Below are positions 36,521 through 49,818 of a DNA stretch of 64,000 nt, piece by piece (within the stretch, counting starts at the first letter, position 1; every line of letters starts with the position of its first letter). Origin of the DNA: Heteronotia binoei (taxonomy: Eukaryota); assembly GCF_032191835.1 (NCBI RefSeq), contig NC_083225.1, positions 71,610,001 through 71,674,000 of the forward strand. Reading direction: 5' to 3'. The notes under the pieces are model-generated. The model saw only the letters and a list, made by a program, of their open reading frames with translations. It was not told the DNA's origin and did no database searches. The translations under genes and the position numbers were made by a program.

Positions 36521-39500
36521 TGCTGCTTCAGATCAACAGGACTTCCTCCCTTGATCTTTTTCATGTGTGTTTGTGTGTGTGTGTAAGGGCCAGCAGCTAT
36601 TGATAAAATCAAAAGCGAAGCTCCTCTTGCTGGGGAGGTGGGGAAGGGGAATGCAAGCATAGAACGACAGGGCCCCGCTTCTCCCTTGGAAGACAATCTG
36701 CCCAGTAACTAACATGCAGTAGCAAACCTCCTTGATCTATTGGCTATGCTATGCAAATCAATAAATGGCCAAAAATAACCGTCCCCCCTCTGACTTTTAA
36801 AGAGCTATTCCCCCCACACACACCTTTCAGATTTTGCAGAGGGAGGGAGAACTCCAGAAAGGCAAAGCAACGCCCCTTCCATGTTCAGGCCGCCACCCTT
36901 TTTCACTCCACTGCAGGAAGCGAAATGCGCTTATATGGAAATGTACTCTTGCAATTCGGGGGCTTTACTTACAAGGAAACCTGCAAAGAGGAGCACCCCC
37001 TCCCTTCCCATGTGCAAACTCCAGCCTGATCTCTGGCATTACTGATTTGGAAGCCACTGCCAAGGAAATGAAGAGGGCAGCTTTGAACTGGGCACAGCCA
37101 GCATGGGGAAGATCTTGGCACTTGGGGCTGAATCCAGCGAAAATAAACAGCTCCCCAATCCAATGCATGTTTCTGGGTGGGCTATTCAGGGAGGCTTACT
37201 TACCAGTAAACCTTACAAGTTATCCAGTAGATTAAGCAAATACTCCACTTCCTCCCACTGAGTTAAATTTAACAGTGCACACCTATCTTATCTACTCAGT
37301 AGTAAGCCACACTATGTTCAGAGAGACTTACTTCTGAGTAATCGTTCATCATTTCATATCTTTAAGGATGCAATCATTTACTAGTGAGTAATCCCCATTG
37401 CATTTAGTGGGGATTTACTTATGAATCTGAGTACACGTACCTAGGCATAGGCTCTTTAGTGGTTTCAATGCTATTATTATCTGGGCTGGCCGGGGTGGAG
37501 GGCATGGTGTTGGTGGCTAGATGTGCAGAATGTGGACATGGCCAAGGAGGCCAAAGGAGAGGTGGTCCACCTGTGACTGTAGGTGATGATGGCACTGGCT
37601 GGGGCGCCAGCCCATGGCCGGCAGAAGGCAGTGCCAGGTGCACCTGAGGAGATGGCTGTGCCAGGGTGGCCAAGCTGTCCTCTCCGCTGCCCCCCAGGCC
37701 TGTCCCGGTTCCCACAGCTGCCCACTGGCTCTGCCACCAGCCTCCTGCTGCTATCACCTCTGAATTGAGACACATGGGGGGCACCCAATTTGGCACCCAC
37801 CCCCAAAAGGCAGCTGCCTATTTTGCCTAGTGGGTGGGACAGGCCTGTATGCCAGCCATAGAATTTGTGAATCTGTGGTGCTCTCAATACTATAGAAAGC
37901 CTTATTTTAAGCCTGGTAATATTTGTGGAGTTTCTTGTTTTGGTGGCTTTAATGCTGCATATTGAGTGTTGATTGTCTGTGTATTTGATCAGATTGAGGA
38001 GCAGGAAACAGACTCTCTTTAGACTCTAGGACAGAAAAAATCATCTCCTAGTGTTTCAGTGATGGAGCTACTGGTCATTGGAATTCTAGTTTGGTTGGAA
38101 ATGAGCAAGAATGTGGGGTCCTGTCAAAAGCAAACCCACTCTTCTGACCTGTTCCTTGGCAGGGTAATTGAAATTTGGTTGATGATAACTTTTGATTATC
38201 AAAGACAGCCATTTCAAGAACAATTTAACATTAATAAAACACGATTTCAATAAATTTTTCCATGTGCTGAATGCTGTGCTGTAAGTATATCTGATATGAA
38301 CAGCTGTTTCTGTTCCAACATGCTTTCTTTTGTGAGCTCTGTGTTGGAGCACCTTTAAGGTTGTATGTTGAGCTAAGGGATATAAACAAACTCCAGAAGG
38401 TCTTCAGTGGAACCCCTTGCAAATGGTTTTCTGCCATAAGTGTGTACTTACTAATAGTAGTAGTAGTTCAATACAAACAACAGCAACAATTTATGTATGC
38501 GTGCATTATTTAGTGCTTTCCCTAAACATTCAAAGTGGACCACACAGAATTCATAAGCTATCAGTATGAGCCAGGCTAGTATTATATTCCTACAAATTGG
38601 AGGCCAGTGAAGAATTGCAGCAGGAGAGAGAAATAACTGGGACATTCTTTGCACATGACCAAGCGAATCAATTTTTCACCTCACTCTGTTTTTCTCTTTA
38701 ATTGACTCTCAGCTTCTCTCATTGTTCTGATGGCAATGAGCATGCTCCTTCCTCATCAGGCTTTTTGGGCAGGATAGATTTTAAAGTTTACAAATGAATA
38801 TTCTTTTGTGCAGTGAAAGAATTCCCTTAATGCAGTGCTTCCAGTGTGGTGCTCATGAATGCCATAATGCCTTCCAATATGTAAGGAGGTGGCACATTTG
38901 AATGTGTGGACCACCCCCAGTTCACAACAATCATGTATAAGATACAAGTACAAATGTGACTGATAGGTGACTAGCAGAAGTCTACAAATAAGCTGTGGTT
39001 GAGATCTTGAAATACAATATTCTTTTTTCATTTGATCCCAGTGTGCAGACTTTTTCTGGCCTTTTCTAGAGGTTCACTGCTGTTGAGAAGTAGGTATTTT
39101 TCCTGCTTCTCCACAGCTCATGGTGCCTTTGTGCATCTCCTGAGTTTTCTCTAATTTTTCACACACCAACTTTAACTGTGAAGTTTTGGGAAAGGTTGGA
39201 GGGCTGATATGTGGATGTGAAAGGCTAGATCTTCCTTGTCCTGCCTACATGGCAGCCATTCTCCCTATACCTGTCCCCAAAACTGCCATTTGCCCAGTTG
39301 CCATCAGCAGGAGGTTTTTTGTTTCTTAACAAGCAGCTGAATATTGTTAACATGTTACAACAACCTATTTGTCAGGTTCTTTGAATTCCCATCTCTCATG
39401 TAAAAAGAATTAAACTTAACCCCTTTTGTTTTAGAGATGTAAGAGGAAAGGCATATCTCTACAACAAAAAGGCTAGATATCTACAACTTTTAAATGAAAG

Positions 39501-39843
39501 CTGATGATTCAGAGAACCTGATACACAGATTGTTACAGCTACTAATTACTGGTAAACCCAGAGGTTGAATTGAAAGTATTGTTGTGTATGACTGGGGGCC
39601 ATTTATAGCAAATGACCATGTGTATGTTTCACCAGCATTATGGACTTCCTAAATGTGAAAAAGCACTACTGCTTGTACATAAAATTTATTATTGTCCTGG
39701 TGCTTGTGTTAATAAGACATATTACACTGATATGCTTGATGTGCCTGGATGTGTTCCTGACATACCTTGTATCTTAGATTAATTTAATTTTCTGTTTTAA
39801 TTACAATATTTTCAGTAATAGATGTCACAGAGTATATTATTGT

Positions 39844-40063
39844 TAGGGTTACCAGTTCTGGGTTGGGAAGTACCTGGAGATTTTGGGGATGGAGCCTGAG
39901 GAGGAAGGGATTTGAGGAGGGGAGGGGCTTCAGTGGAAAATAGTGCTATAGAATCTACCTTCCAAAGTGTCCATTTTCCCCAGGTGAATTGATCTCTTGT
40001 CATCTGGTGATCAGTTGTAATAGTGGGAGATCTCCACTTACCACCTCAAGATTGGCAACCCTA
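39844..40063 (+). mobile_element. Short old hAT-like MITE
   Basis: TIRs tagggttacca / tggcaacccta. TSD attattgt / gttatagt (6/8). Confidence 0.75.
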
Positions 40064-41853
40064 GTTATAGTTATAGTTGACTTACCTTGCAACTAGGAAC
40101 AGAAGATTTGATCCTGTCCCCAACTCTGCTAAGGATTCGTACAGACTTGTATGTTTTAAGATGCTTTTGTCTTTCTTGTGCAGTGGACAGTGCATATTTT
40201 TTCTTTTGCCCTTCAGTCAGTCAAACCTGTTTTTGTGATAGGTTGAGTTACATCTTGAAAAAGACAAAAGGCAGCCAGTACTATTAAATTGACATATACA
40301 AAATTGTTTTCATTGATCTCACTTTTCATGTTAAAAGTTTTTATCCTAGCTAAAAAGCATAAAATATTGTAAAAGCAAAATGAAAACAGCAACATAAACC
40401 ATAAGGATGCCGCATAAATATCACAGGATCAAAATGTTCCTGTAGTTATAAGCCAATCGTTTCCAGTCAGCAATAAAACCATTAAATATCAAACAGGATG
40501 AAAATCTAAATAAGTGCATATGTTAAATCAAAGAGATTAAAACTAACCAATGCAGCAATCACCTTCAAAATCAAGCCACAAACTCTCAGGAACATTTTTT
40601 TTATATAAACCTGACATGCCATTGTGGAGGGAGGCGGGCTGTCATAGCCAACTGGTGACCTCATTGGTGAGAAATAATATACCCAGGGCCAGTGACAGTG
40701 CAGTTTTGGAGCTGGTTTTAGTGTGTTTTGTGTTGTAAAGAATGAGCATTTATCTACCCTATTAGTTGAGTGCTAACTTAAAGTATCATCCTAGGCTTTA
40801 CATCTTCAATGGATGAGGGATAAGGTGGCATTGATAGCCTTTTAAAAGTGCCAGATACCATTTCCTTGCACTAATGCGCACTTCCCTTCCCCTTCCAGTG
40901 TTTAAAACTTCCAGTGTTTAAATTATAAAACCTGTGTTCTGGATTGTGGCTAGCATCAACATAGCAGTAGGGAGGAAGTTACCTCCCTATTGCAAAGATC
41001 TGGTCCTCTGTGAATATCGTAATTGTCAATGGCTTTGAACTTCTTCCTGAAATTCCCCAGGAAATTTCTTGCTTATTATGAATCAGAAAGCACTCAAACA
41101 GGCATTCTCTTGCTAATGGGACAGGTTGACTTCTTGTAAAAGGTCTTTCTAGCCACAGATGCACATGCTTCATTTGCTTGTGGTAGCAGCCTGGGCAGGG
41201 TATTGTCTGACAGTGAATCAGTGCTTTGAATTGTCAACAGTTCTTTCATATATCTACTTTATAAGTAGGATGTTCGATAGGTAGTTTGTGATTCCTGGAA
41301 TCTGGTACAAAATCAGACTGTGCTCTTTTGTGTTTTTAATCAATGAATAGATTTTTTCCCCCTTTTATAACATCTGTGCTCTGGCACAGGTTTAACTGTG
41401 CAATCCTGAGCACAGTTACACCCTAAGTCCACTGAAGTCTCAGCTGGGTATAACTCTTCTTAGGACTGCACTCTCAGTAAGCACAGTTTGAGACTTCTGG
41501 AAATGCAGCAGACTCACATGCCCTTCTCTTCTGTACTGTTCCTCCTTCCATCCAAATGGGCCAACATAACATTTGTAAGCACTGGACATGGTTAGCTATA
41601 CTGTATAAACCTATTTCAAATTCTAAGCTAGGGTTGTGAAGACAAACCTGATTAGCGTTCACCATGGCCAGCACAATGCAAACATTGTTACACCACTGCA
41701 GTCAGCCATTGAAAGGATGGAGATTTGCATGTGGATAGGAAGAAGGGAGACAGAAAGAAGCACACAGAGCAGATTCTCCATCAAGAGACTGAGAACCATA
41801 TTTCTGCACAGTATTGAGACTTCACCTTTTTTAGGGATTCATCAGAGCCTGAG

Positions 41854-42135
41854 AGCCCCGTGGCGCAGAGTGGTAAAGCTGCAGTACTGCAGTCCTAAGC
41901 TCTGCTCATGACCTGAGTTCGATCCTAGTTTCAGGTAGCTGGCTCCAGGTTGACTCAACTTTCCATCCTTCTGAGATCAATAAAATGAGTACCCAGCTTG
42001 ATGGGGAGAAAGCGTAGATGACTGGGGAAGGCAATGGCAAACCACCCCATAAAAAGTCTGCCATGAAAACGTTGTGAAAGCAATGTCACCCTAGAGTCAG
42101 AAACGACTGGTGCTTGCACTACCTTTACCTTTTTA
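41854..42135 (+). mobile_element. Sauria SINE, full length
   Basis: Same family as 36151. 11-bp TSD CAGAGCCTGAG (41843-41853, 42136-42146). Confidence 0.9.
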
Positions 42136-43199
42136 CAGAGCCTGAGGGAGTCTCCACTTTGCAGTTCTGTCCTTTCCAACCTTTACTGTGTATTCTTCCA
42201 CTCATTTTTATAGTCCTTTGTTTATGTTATTATATTTATACTTATAGACATATTTATTTTAAAAAAAAAACAGACTGTATTTGTTTAGTAATTAAAGGTT
42301 AAAGAACTGAAAAGGAAGGAGAAGGAAAACATGAGAGTCTACAAAAGCAGACAGAGCCGTGGGGGGAAACCCCTTGGATCTATCAAAATAAATAGAGCAG
42401 AAATCTTTCTTGCTGGCCTTTGTGTTGTTATTATTAGAACAAGCACGCTTGAGTGCACTAAGCTGTACTACCTTCAAGCATCCATACATAGCTCAGCTAC
42501 AATGTTTGTTTTAAAACAGAGTCCATGAATGATGGATATATATGATCAACAGTGATTAACACTGATTTGAAAAGCAACAAAGCCCCCCACTTTTCTGTGT
42601 TTCTACATGCCTCAGAATCACACATAATTGTTAACCACTTTGCAATTGGAGAACAAGGACTAGAGCATATGAAGCAGCCATTCCATGGTAGCAGATGTAA
42701 ATCACTCCCCATGGTGCCTGCCTCTACGTGGCACATTCACATGTGTTGGCTTATCACATGTAAATTATGTATCTCTTTTCCACGCCACTCATGTGGGACA
42801 TAGACCTGTAGCATCAGGAATCATAACATTCCAAACAGAGGAAGATTTTGGCACTCTCATTTGAGTGTCAGTTTCATGTGGAAGGACTATACCATATGAG
42901 CACCTGCACATTGGAAGTGGCACTCAAGAAAAGCATATTATTCTGCACTAATGCTAGCTCAGCACTTAAGGGAAATTTGTTGAGTATGATTAATATTTAG
43001 TGATTTCATTACCTGTACTGTGTGAAGTGTCTAAGTAGCTGAAGTTGTTTTTTAAAAATCATTTTAATATTTCATACTTCAATGAAGGTTTTGTCTATCT
43101 GTGACTAGTTTATCTATTTTGATGTCAGTCTTACAGTCTAGCCACACCCCTGTTCTCAAAGGCAGTATCAAACAGTAAAAACAAACAGACTTGTAGGAA

Positions 43200-43325
43200 C
43201 AGAGAGACTCAGGTTCAAATCCCACTCCACCATAAAAGCTTGCTGGGTGACCTAGTCTGCCTCCCTATGCTGAGCCTACCTCATAGTTGTGTTGTGAAAA
43301 TAGTAGAGAATCCTTGGAGGAAGAG
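43200..43325 (+). mobile_element. MIR/CORE-like SINE, degenerate
   Basis: caggttcaaatcccactc...gctgggtgacct...cctacctcatagttgtgttgtgaaaat. Confidence 0.5.
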
Positions 43326-44253
43326 CAGTGCAAAACTGAAGTAGGCAGCTAATTCTGAACTAGGCAGCTGAGTGTGCATTTAACTTGGAATCTGAATGCT
43401 ACTCTCTTATTCCTTAAGTGCATCAGTGCCAATGGTCAGAGGAGATTGATATAACATAGCACAGTTAGTAGAGATCAGTAATTCCTAAAACCAGAATGGT
43501 TCAGTTTCATATATTCTCTGAGAGGCAATCAAATAGGGCTGGTTTTTTTCAATAGAAAAGGTGTTTTTAGAAGCCTTTGAATAAATTCAGTAAAATAGCT
43601 CCAAATGTTTTGGGTTAATTAGTTATAGCACACACTAGGAGGAAAGGCAAAACTTATAATTAATTATTTAATCGTTTGGGCCCTTAGCCCAGAGAGCACT
43701 CACCTTCCATACATGCTCTTGTCCCATCCACATATATATCCACAGATGGAAAGCTAATGAATCTAGAAGACTTCTATACCACCATTCCGGCTCAGAGTGA
43801 TGCAAGCAGGTCTCCACTCCTCAATTTTACCCTCAGAACAACCAAATAGGTTGGGAGAAGATACAGTGATAGCCCCAGGGTTATCAGTGAGTTTCATGAC
43901 TAACACGCATACCCTGAAACTGACCACCGGATTGAATAAGGAAGGCAGGCATAGATGCATCAGTTATGGTGAACTTGAGACATTTCAGTGAATGCTGACA
44001 TTTATTATTCATTAATTCTTATTATCAGCAGGTTTGATGCATTCAAGGATATCTGAAGCAACTCTGCCTTTCAGAGCTTCACAGAGCTTGTTTTCAGTGG
44101 GCTGACTTCTATTGTATTTTGAAAGCTTTTAGTATTAAGTTGTGACCAATACTGATCTTTGAATGGATATGCTATTTTAAAAAGATATTTTAATTAAGGT
44201 TCCATCCATATTCTCTTAGGAGAGTAAACATGCTTTTCTCTTTGATTCCACAG

Positions 44254-44406
44254 CTGTCTCAAACCTGGATACAGAGAGTAAATTAAGTGTGTACTATCGT
44301 GCGCCTTGGCATCAGCAAAAAAGCATTTTTCTTCCTTCCACCAGACCAGCTTGTGTAGAGGAGCTGCATCATCATGCCAAGCAGAACTTGCGAGCATTGA
44401 GGAGAG
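44254..44406 (+). CDS. NHS: NHS exon 2 (153 nt, phase 1-1), part of the WAVE-homology region
   Basis: Acceptor ttttctctttgattccacag, donor AG|gtaagt. Translates (x)[50 protein letters not shown](E), matching recalled human [51 protein letters not shown]. Confidence 0.97.
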
Positions 44407-44967
44407 GTAAGTGATTACTATGTGACTGATAAAACAGACTGGCATCCTCGTGATCCAGTGAAGATTGGGTTCTTCAGACATGGAAGTAGAACTTCTCAAA
44501 AATACATTTCATTTGAGCAAAGGATCTATACTGTGTTACTGAAATTAAGCTGTGGTAATCATTTTGTGGCTTGGCTGTACCTCCTGTGGCAACCATTTTG
44601 TGGTGGCCATTTTGTTGCTGTGCCCACCAGGCTGTGTCATAATTCCAAAGGTGCCTGCAGCCTCAAAAGGGTTGCACATTTTGGTTAGACAGTGCTCATT
44701 TTGGATATTTAGTAGTGCTTTTTAAATGTTTCAGGGCCAGTCACTGGTTCGCGGCAGAGATCCTTGCTTAAATTTAAGTCCAGGACACATCTGCTACTGT
44801 AGCACCATTGTTCCAGACCCAGTAAGAAGAGTTTTTGCCTCATAAAGAAGCTCGCAGAGTTATTACAGCATATGACGTTGCCTCATTGTGCTGAAAATTG
44901 TCTGCTCTAACTGGCAGCTGTCCATGGTCCCAGACTGGAGAAAGATCTTTCCAAGCATTCTTTAACT

Positions 44968-45147
44968 CAGGGGTGAGGAACCTTTTTTCTGCCAAGGGCC
45001 ATATGGATATTTATAACATCATTCGCGGGCCATAAAAATTATCAGTTTAAAGAACAGTGCTCCACTGAGGGAGAATGATTCAGGCCAGCAAAATTAATGC
45101 AAATAATTGTTTTTCTATTTGAAGTCATGTGGGGTGAGCCTAATCTG

Positions 45148-45185
<38 letters not shown>

Positions 45186-45556
45186 CCCGCCGCCCTAGGC
45201 AAATGCATAGGTCCAAGGCTTTTATGTAGAAAAAGCCCAGCAGGAACTCAGTAACATATTAGACCACATCCCCTAATATTAGCATATTAGGTCACACATT
45301 CATTAGCATATTAGACCACACTATCTGGAATAATCAAGTGTAAACTGAACTGTGACCGTAACTTTTTCAGGCAATTCTGGAGGCTGCCATGGAGGCTGCC
45401 ACACAGTACATCTGGGCCCTGTGATCCCTGCCAGACCCTGGGGAGGCTGCTGCATAGTGCAGTTGGGCCCCATGATCCTCGCTGGACATTCAGGCCCCAG
45501 GGGGGATGCTACATGGCTCGGTATATGGCCCTCAGGACAGAGGTTCCCCACCCCTG
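44968..45556. mobile_element. Composite hAT MITE
   Basis: 16-bp TIRs caggggtgaggaacct / aggttccccacccctg (15/16). Perfect TSD CTTTAACT. Contains a (CA)n tract and pieces of other MITE families. Confidence 0.88.
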
Positions 45557-46134
45557 CTTTAACTGGAGGTGCCCCAGCAATTGAGCCAGGGATCGCCTAC
45601 TTGAAAAGCAGGTGCTCTGTCGCTTAGCCACAGCCCCTTCAGGAAAACTACAGGGAAAGAAGTATCATCCCATGCACAACTGCTCTCTTGAAGGTGGCTC
45701 ACCTCTGCTTCATCTGGAAATTGTGCCAGGGCATAGTCCTTAAACACAGCAAATGAAAATAAAGGCATGCACAGGTTGCTATTTCACTGTGTAACTGCAG
45801 TTTTTTTCCACACCACGCACACAGACTTAGGTAGGGCAGTATACAAACTCTCTAGGAAGTAACTTCCAGAACTGGATAAGTTCTTAACACCTCTCAGGTT
45901 GAATGTTATCACCAGCATCTTTTCCCAGGTGTGAAAAATGGCCTTTAAATTTAAAATGGCACCCTCTGACCAGGAACCCCTTATTCCAGAGATCCTCAGC
46001 ACGGTGCTCATCAAGGCACCCTTTAAGATGCACTTGGGGATGCTGATGCACAACATTTTAGCTGGCAGTGCAGGGAGAATTGTCTCAGCCCAGAAATGAG
46101 AAAGCATTTCCCTCCTCCATTGGAAACAATAGAA

Positions 46135-46335
46135 GATGGGGGCACGTACTTCCATGGTCCATAGAATTGGACCCCCTGATCCAATCTTTTTGAAACTTGG
46201 AGGTATTTTGTTTTTTTAAGGAGAGGCACCAGATGATATGCTTCAAATTTGGTGCCTCTATCTCAGCCCCCTCCCCCGAGCCCCAGATATCCCCAGATCA
46301 ATTCTCCATTCTATTCTATGGGGCCCATTGACTAT
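46135..46335 (+). mobile_element. Core module of the TAGGGTTGCCAA MITE family without its TIRs
   Basis: catagaattggaccccctgatccaatctttttgaaacttgg...gatcaattctcc is shared with 218-756 and 52513-53015. Confidence 0.75.
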
Positions 46336-46611
46336 AATGGTCTTCATAGGCAACAATGGAACCAGAAAAAATATTTTTGCACACCCCTGTTATGCTTTTC
46401 AGTATGATTAGTAAACTGCCTTACAAAAGTGGGGTATAAATATTTGAAAAAATAAGTAACTTCCTGTTTGTTACGTTAGGCAGGATTCTGATAGTTCTGC
46501 TTGACCTATAATACTGATTGTTATATTTCACTAAAAGAAAAAAAAGTAGACTGCAAGAGCCTAACCCCCATCCAAGTGCTGTATGACTCAATGCAGGGTG
46601 ATATTCCAAGG

Positions 46612-46760
46612 CCAGATTACCAATATAGTGGAAAGGGGCGGATAGACCTGTTCTCTGGAGGCCAGATCTACCAATATAGTGGAAAGGAGTTGCTGGACCT
46701 ACTTGCTGGGGCCAAGTCTACCAATACAGTGGAAAGGAGCAGGTACACCTATCCTCCAGA
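46612..46760. repeat. Diverged 50-bp minisatellite, 3 units
   Basis: taccaata(t/c)agtggaaagg recurs in units starting at 46612, 46662 and 46712. Confidence 0.85.
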
Positions 46761-46904
46761 TGCCTGGACAACATTTTCTGTAATTAAATTTGACTCAATT
46801 CTTTTTTTCTCTTTAAATTATTCTTAAAATATAGTTTAAATATAGTTTAAAAGAATTATGGTTATGGAAATAGCCCCAGGTGGGTAGCCATGTTGGTCTG
46901 AAGC

Positions 46905-47020
46905 AATATAATAAAGTTAGAGTCCAGCGGCACCTTTAAAACCAACAACATTTTATTCAAGGTATGAGCATGAAAGCTCATACCTTGAATAAAACTTTGT
47001 TGTTCTTATAGGTGCTCTCA
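46905..47020. mobile_element. Penelope-like terminal relic with a perfect 19-bp hairpin
   Basis: ttttattcaaggtatgagc (46951-46969), 6-nt loop, gctcataccttgaataaaa (46976-46994). Same family as 36121-36520. Confidence 0.55.
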
Positions 47021-47427
47021 CCTTTTGTGGTTGGCTCCACTTCCTGCAGTAGCCACTTTGTGATTTGTGCCACTACCCTTTATCAGAATTCCAAAGATGC
47101 CTGCAGGCTCAAAAAGGTCAGGGGCTCCTGCCTCACTCCTTGCTTTCCTCCAAATTTCCAAGGGTCTGTTTTCTCCTGGTGTTTGGGCAACTCTGGTTCC
47201 AGTGTCAAGCCCAGACCATAGAAACAGGTGCTAAGGTTTAGCTCCTCACCTGACACACAGCTTCCTGCTTTGAAGAAAGCTGAAGTCGGCAGCTATTTCC
47301 TCCCTAAATGGTACCTCACAGTATTCTTGTGGACCCAATTTCTGCCTTCATTTTCCCTTAGGGACAGTGTGCAGGAAGACATTGCTTGCAGTAGTCAAAA
47401 CTTTTAGACATGAGCTTTGCCAATTAG

Positions 47428-47588
47428 CAGGCTTTGAATTCAGAAGGAGCTCATAGGAGCACAGCTCTTGAACCTTTCTTGAACCTTCTCCTCCCCACCT
47501 ACCTACCTTGTCCATTGAATAGAAGGTGCAGCTGCATAACAATCCCTGGATGAGCTCCACCACCTATTTTTCTACAAAACGACCCCTG
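47428..47588 (-). mobile_element. 161-bp internally deleted hAT MITE (family of 26548)
   Basis: Both ends match those of 26548-27007 in reverse. TSD ccaattag / tcaattag (7/8). Confidence 0.8.
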
Positions 47589-49491
47589 TCAATTAGTATC
47601 CATACCTGCTGACACTCTGGCAACTGCTCAGTCTTGATCTTTAGCTGGGAGCATCTCCTGGTGGCCATAGCTGGATGGGACCTACTCAGATTTGCAATAT
47701 CCCACGAGGAGATAGGAAATGTAGGGCTAGCAAAATCCTTTTCGACGTCAGACCTGAGCTGTAATCTGGAATAGGAATTAAAGATGGAACCTAACAACCA
47801 AGAGCTGCAGTTCTGTTAGCAGTTCACAGAACAGGCCAGTAGAGAGGGATGGCTGCACAGATGTGAATGAGAGAGAAAGAGAATGCAGCTAGGTACACCC
47901 CACAGGCAATTGTTACTTTTTTGCCCTGAAGTAATCACTTGTCTAGTGTGATCTCTCCCAAGTGTCAGCACTTGGATAAATCCTAGCACTGGATTTATAT
48001 ACAAATTTAAGTAAGCTACAGTTTAGGGCCTCAGATCGTGATTAAAAAAATGTGATTTTGATTAATAGTTTAGGACCTCAGTTTGTCTTAATCCAGCCCT
48101 GCTTGGTCCTGGAGTGATGGACATACCTTTTTTGATCCTGTCACTGGGATATAGTGCTAAGAATGGTCATATACTGATTAATGTTTTAATTATTTTCCAT
48201 TATCCTTCTTTCTTTTTATAAAAAAAATGGCAGGGATAAAATTCCTGAGTGTGAAAGGAACACTTGGAAATGCATTGTTGATGTTGTGTGGCTGGTGGGC
48301 ATATACACCATGCCCTCAATAAAGTACTTGTTGTATCCAAAGTAGGGTATCTACTCAGGGAGCCCAACTTTCTCACCTCCCCAAGAACTGAATTTGAGAG
48401 AAATTTCAGGCTGCTTGGGGTGGGCGGGGTGGACCACGAAAGTTGTGTTCCACAAGCAGATATTCTTCTGCCCACAGAAGAAATCTTGGGGGTCTTTGCC
48501 ATTGTTTCTTACTGCTACCAGCATGGGCCAATAAAAACAATATCAGATGTTGACTCCATCTGATAGGATTCATTTACAGATTCTTAAAACATGAATCTTA
48601 AAACACAAGGCTTCCCTTTGATGTAATAGTGTTACATACACAGTCTGCTCTTTTTCATCACAGTTTAAATTAGATAATATCTGTTCAGAATGGCCTACTT
48701 TTATAAATGCTATAAATAATATACTAAATAAACCCTTGGCATGTGTCAGCTGCAAATTGTCAGTCTGGCAAAGTGCCATAAAAAGGAAATGCAATCACAG
48801 TATTAGGTGCCTTTTTGCTTTTAGTTGCTGGTCCACATTACAGTGTTCAGATAAGCATAATCTTCTTCTGCCATCTTGTGGCCAGGAGACAATTACTGGA
48901 GCAAAAAGCAAGGAAGCTGTCAGATTATGAGCTTGTTCCTCCCAATGGAGTTCTGTGGTATCAGCTATGTTAATGGCCATCAACTATGCAGATATCTTAT
49001 ATTTTTCCTGTACCATCAATGGTGACCACTTTGGCTGAAATTAATATGATGTGTTCTCCCCCCACCCCCTGCCTTTCCTTACAAAGTAATTTGCTGCATT
49101 TCAAGAGTCAAAGTTACAATAGCTTCATTCATCAATGCCTTACAGGGTATTTTGTTCTCAGTGGACAACAGGGGGTAGTTGAATTTATGGGGAGTGGGAA
49201 CCAGTTTTCAGTGGCCCAAGATTCTGCCAGTGGTACAAATCCATTGGGGTCAAGTATAAAGCAAAAAAGAGCATAGGAGAAGACTATGTTGTTACCTATG
49301 ATTACATCTTTCAAACAAGAAAAAAAACATGCAGCAGTTTTTCATTTGCATACGAGAGCTACTGTTGTGTAGTAGCTAAAATCAGTCTTTCAGCTTTAGC
49401 ACCCCCCCACCCCCGCCCTGCCCAGTACATGACTTGGAATATCAAAACAGTGTTCTGCCTTACAGGGTTGTTATATGGATGGAAGCACCAT

Positions 49492-49494
<3 letters not shown>

Positions 49495-49527
<33 letters not shown>
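49495..49527. repeat. (AC)n microsatellite 163 nt upstream of exon 3
   Basis: Read directly from the sequence. Confidence 0.95.
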
Positions 49528-49530
<3 letters not shown>

Positions 49531-49690
49531 GAGCTGTCCTTATGCAAAGTTTAATTAATGCCAAGCATTTGCTGAAGTCCATAAAAATGTTGGTATGTCT
49601 GATGAACAAACTGAATGTGATTGAACTTTAGATTTTTATGTCCAATGTTTTTAAACATGGCTGTCTGAAAGGTTTTCTTTTGATAAACAG

Positions 49691-49818
49691 AGCAACGGAA
49701 TCGGGATAGAGAACAGAAAGTCCTGGGCCCAGTTTCTGTGGTGGCTCCCCCATTTCCCTCTTTCCCTGCAGTTTACAATCAGAAAAGCAAAGAGACAAAG
49801 GACCGCCACTCACTAAAA
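49691..49818 (+). CDS. NHS: NHS exon 3 (128 nt, phase 1-0)
   Basis: Acceptor ttttcttttgataaacag, donor AAA|gtaagt. Translates (E)QRNRDREQKVLGPVSVVAPPFPSFPAVYNQKSKETKDRHSLK, in frame with exons 2 and 3a/4. Similar to recalled human [45 protein letters not shown]. Confidence 0.92.

Noticed and set aside
40227-40253. Minus-strand 27-nt microexon-like segment (DVTQPITKT)
   Set aside because: No antisense gene is supported in the window, so this is probably chance.
46612-46760. CRISPR-like repeat-spacer array
   Set aside because: It lies in a vertebrate intron with no cas genes, has only three units, and the spacers resemble each other. It is a diverged minisatellite.
48200-48563. Overlapping ~100-aa ORFs on both strands in intron 2
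   Set aside because: No recognisable homology, no fitting splice phases, and NHS exon 3 is accounted for at 49691.
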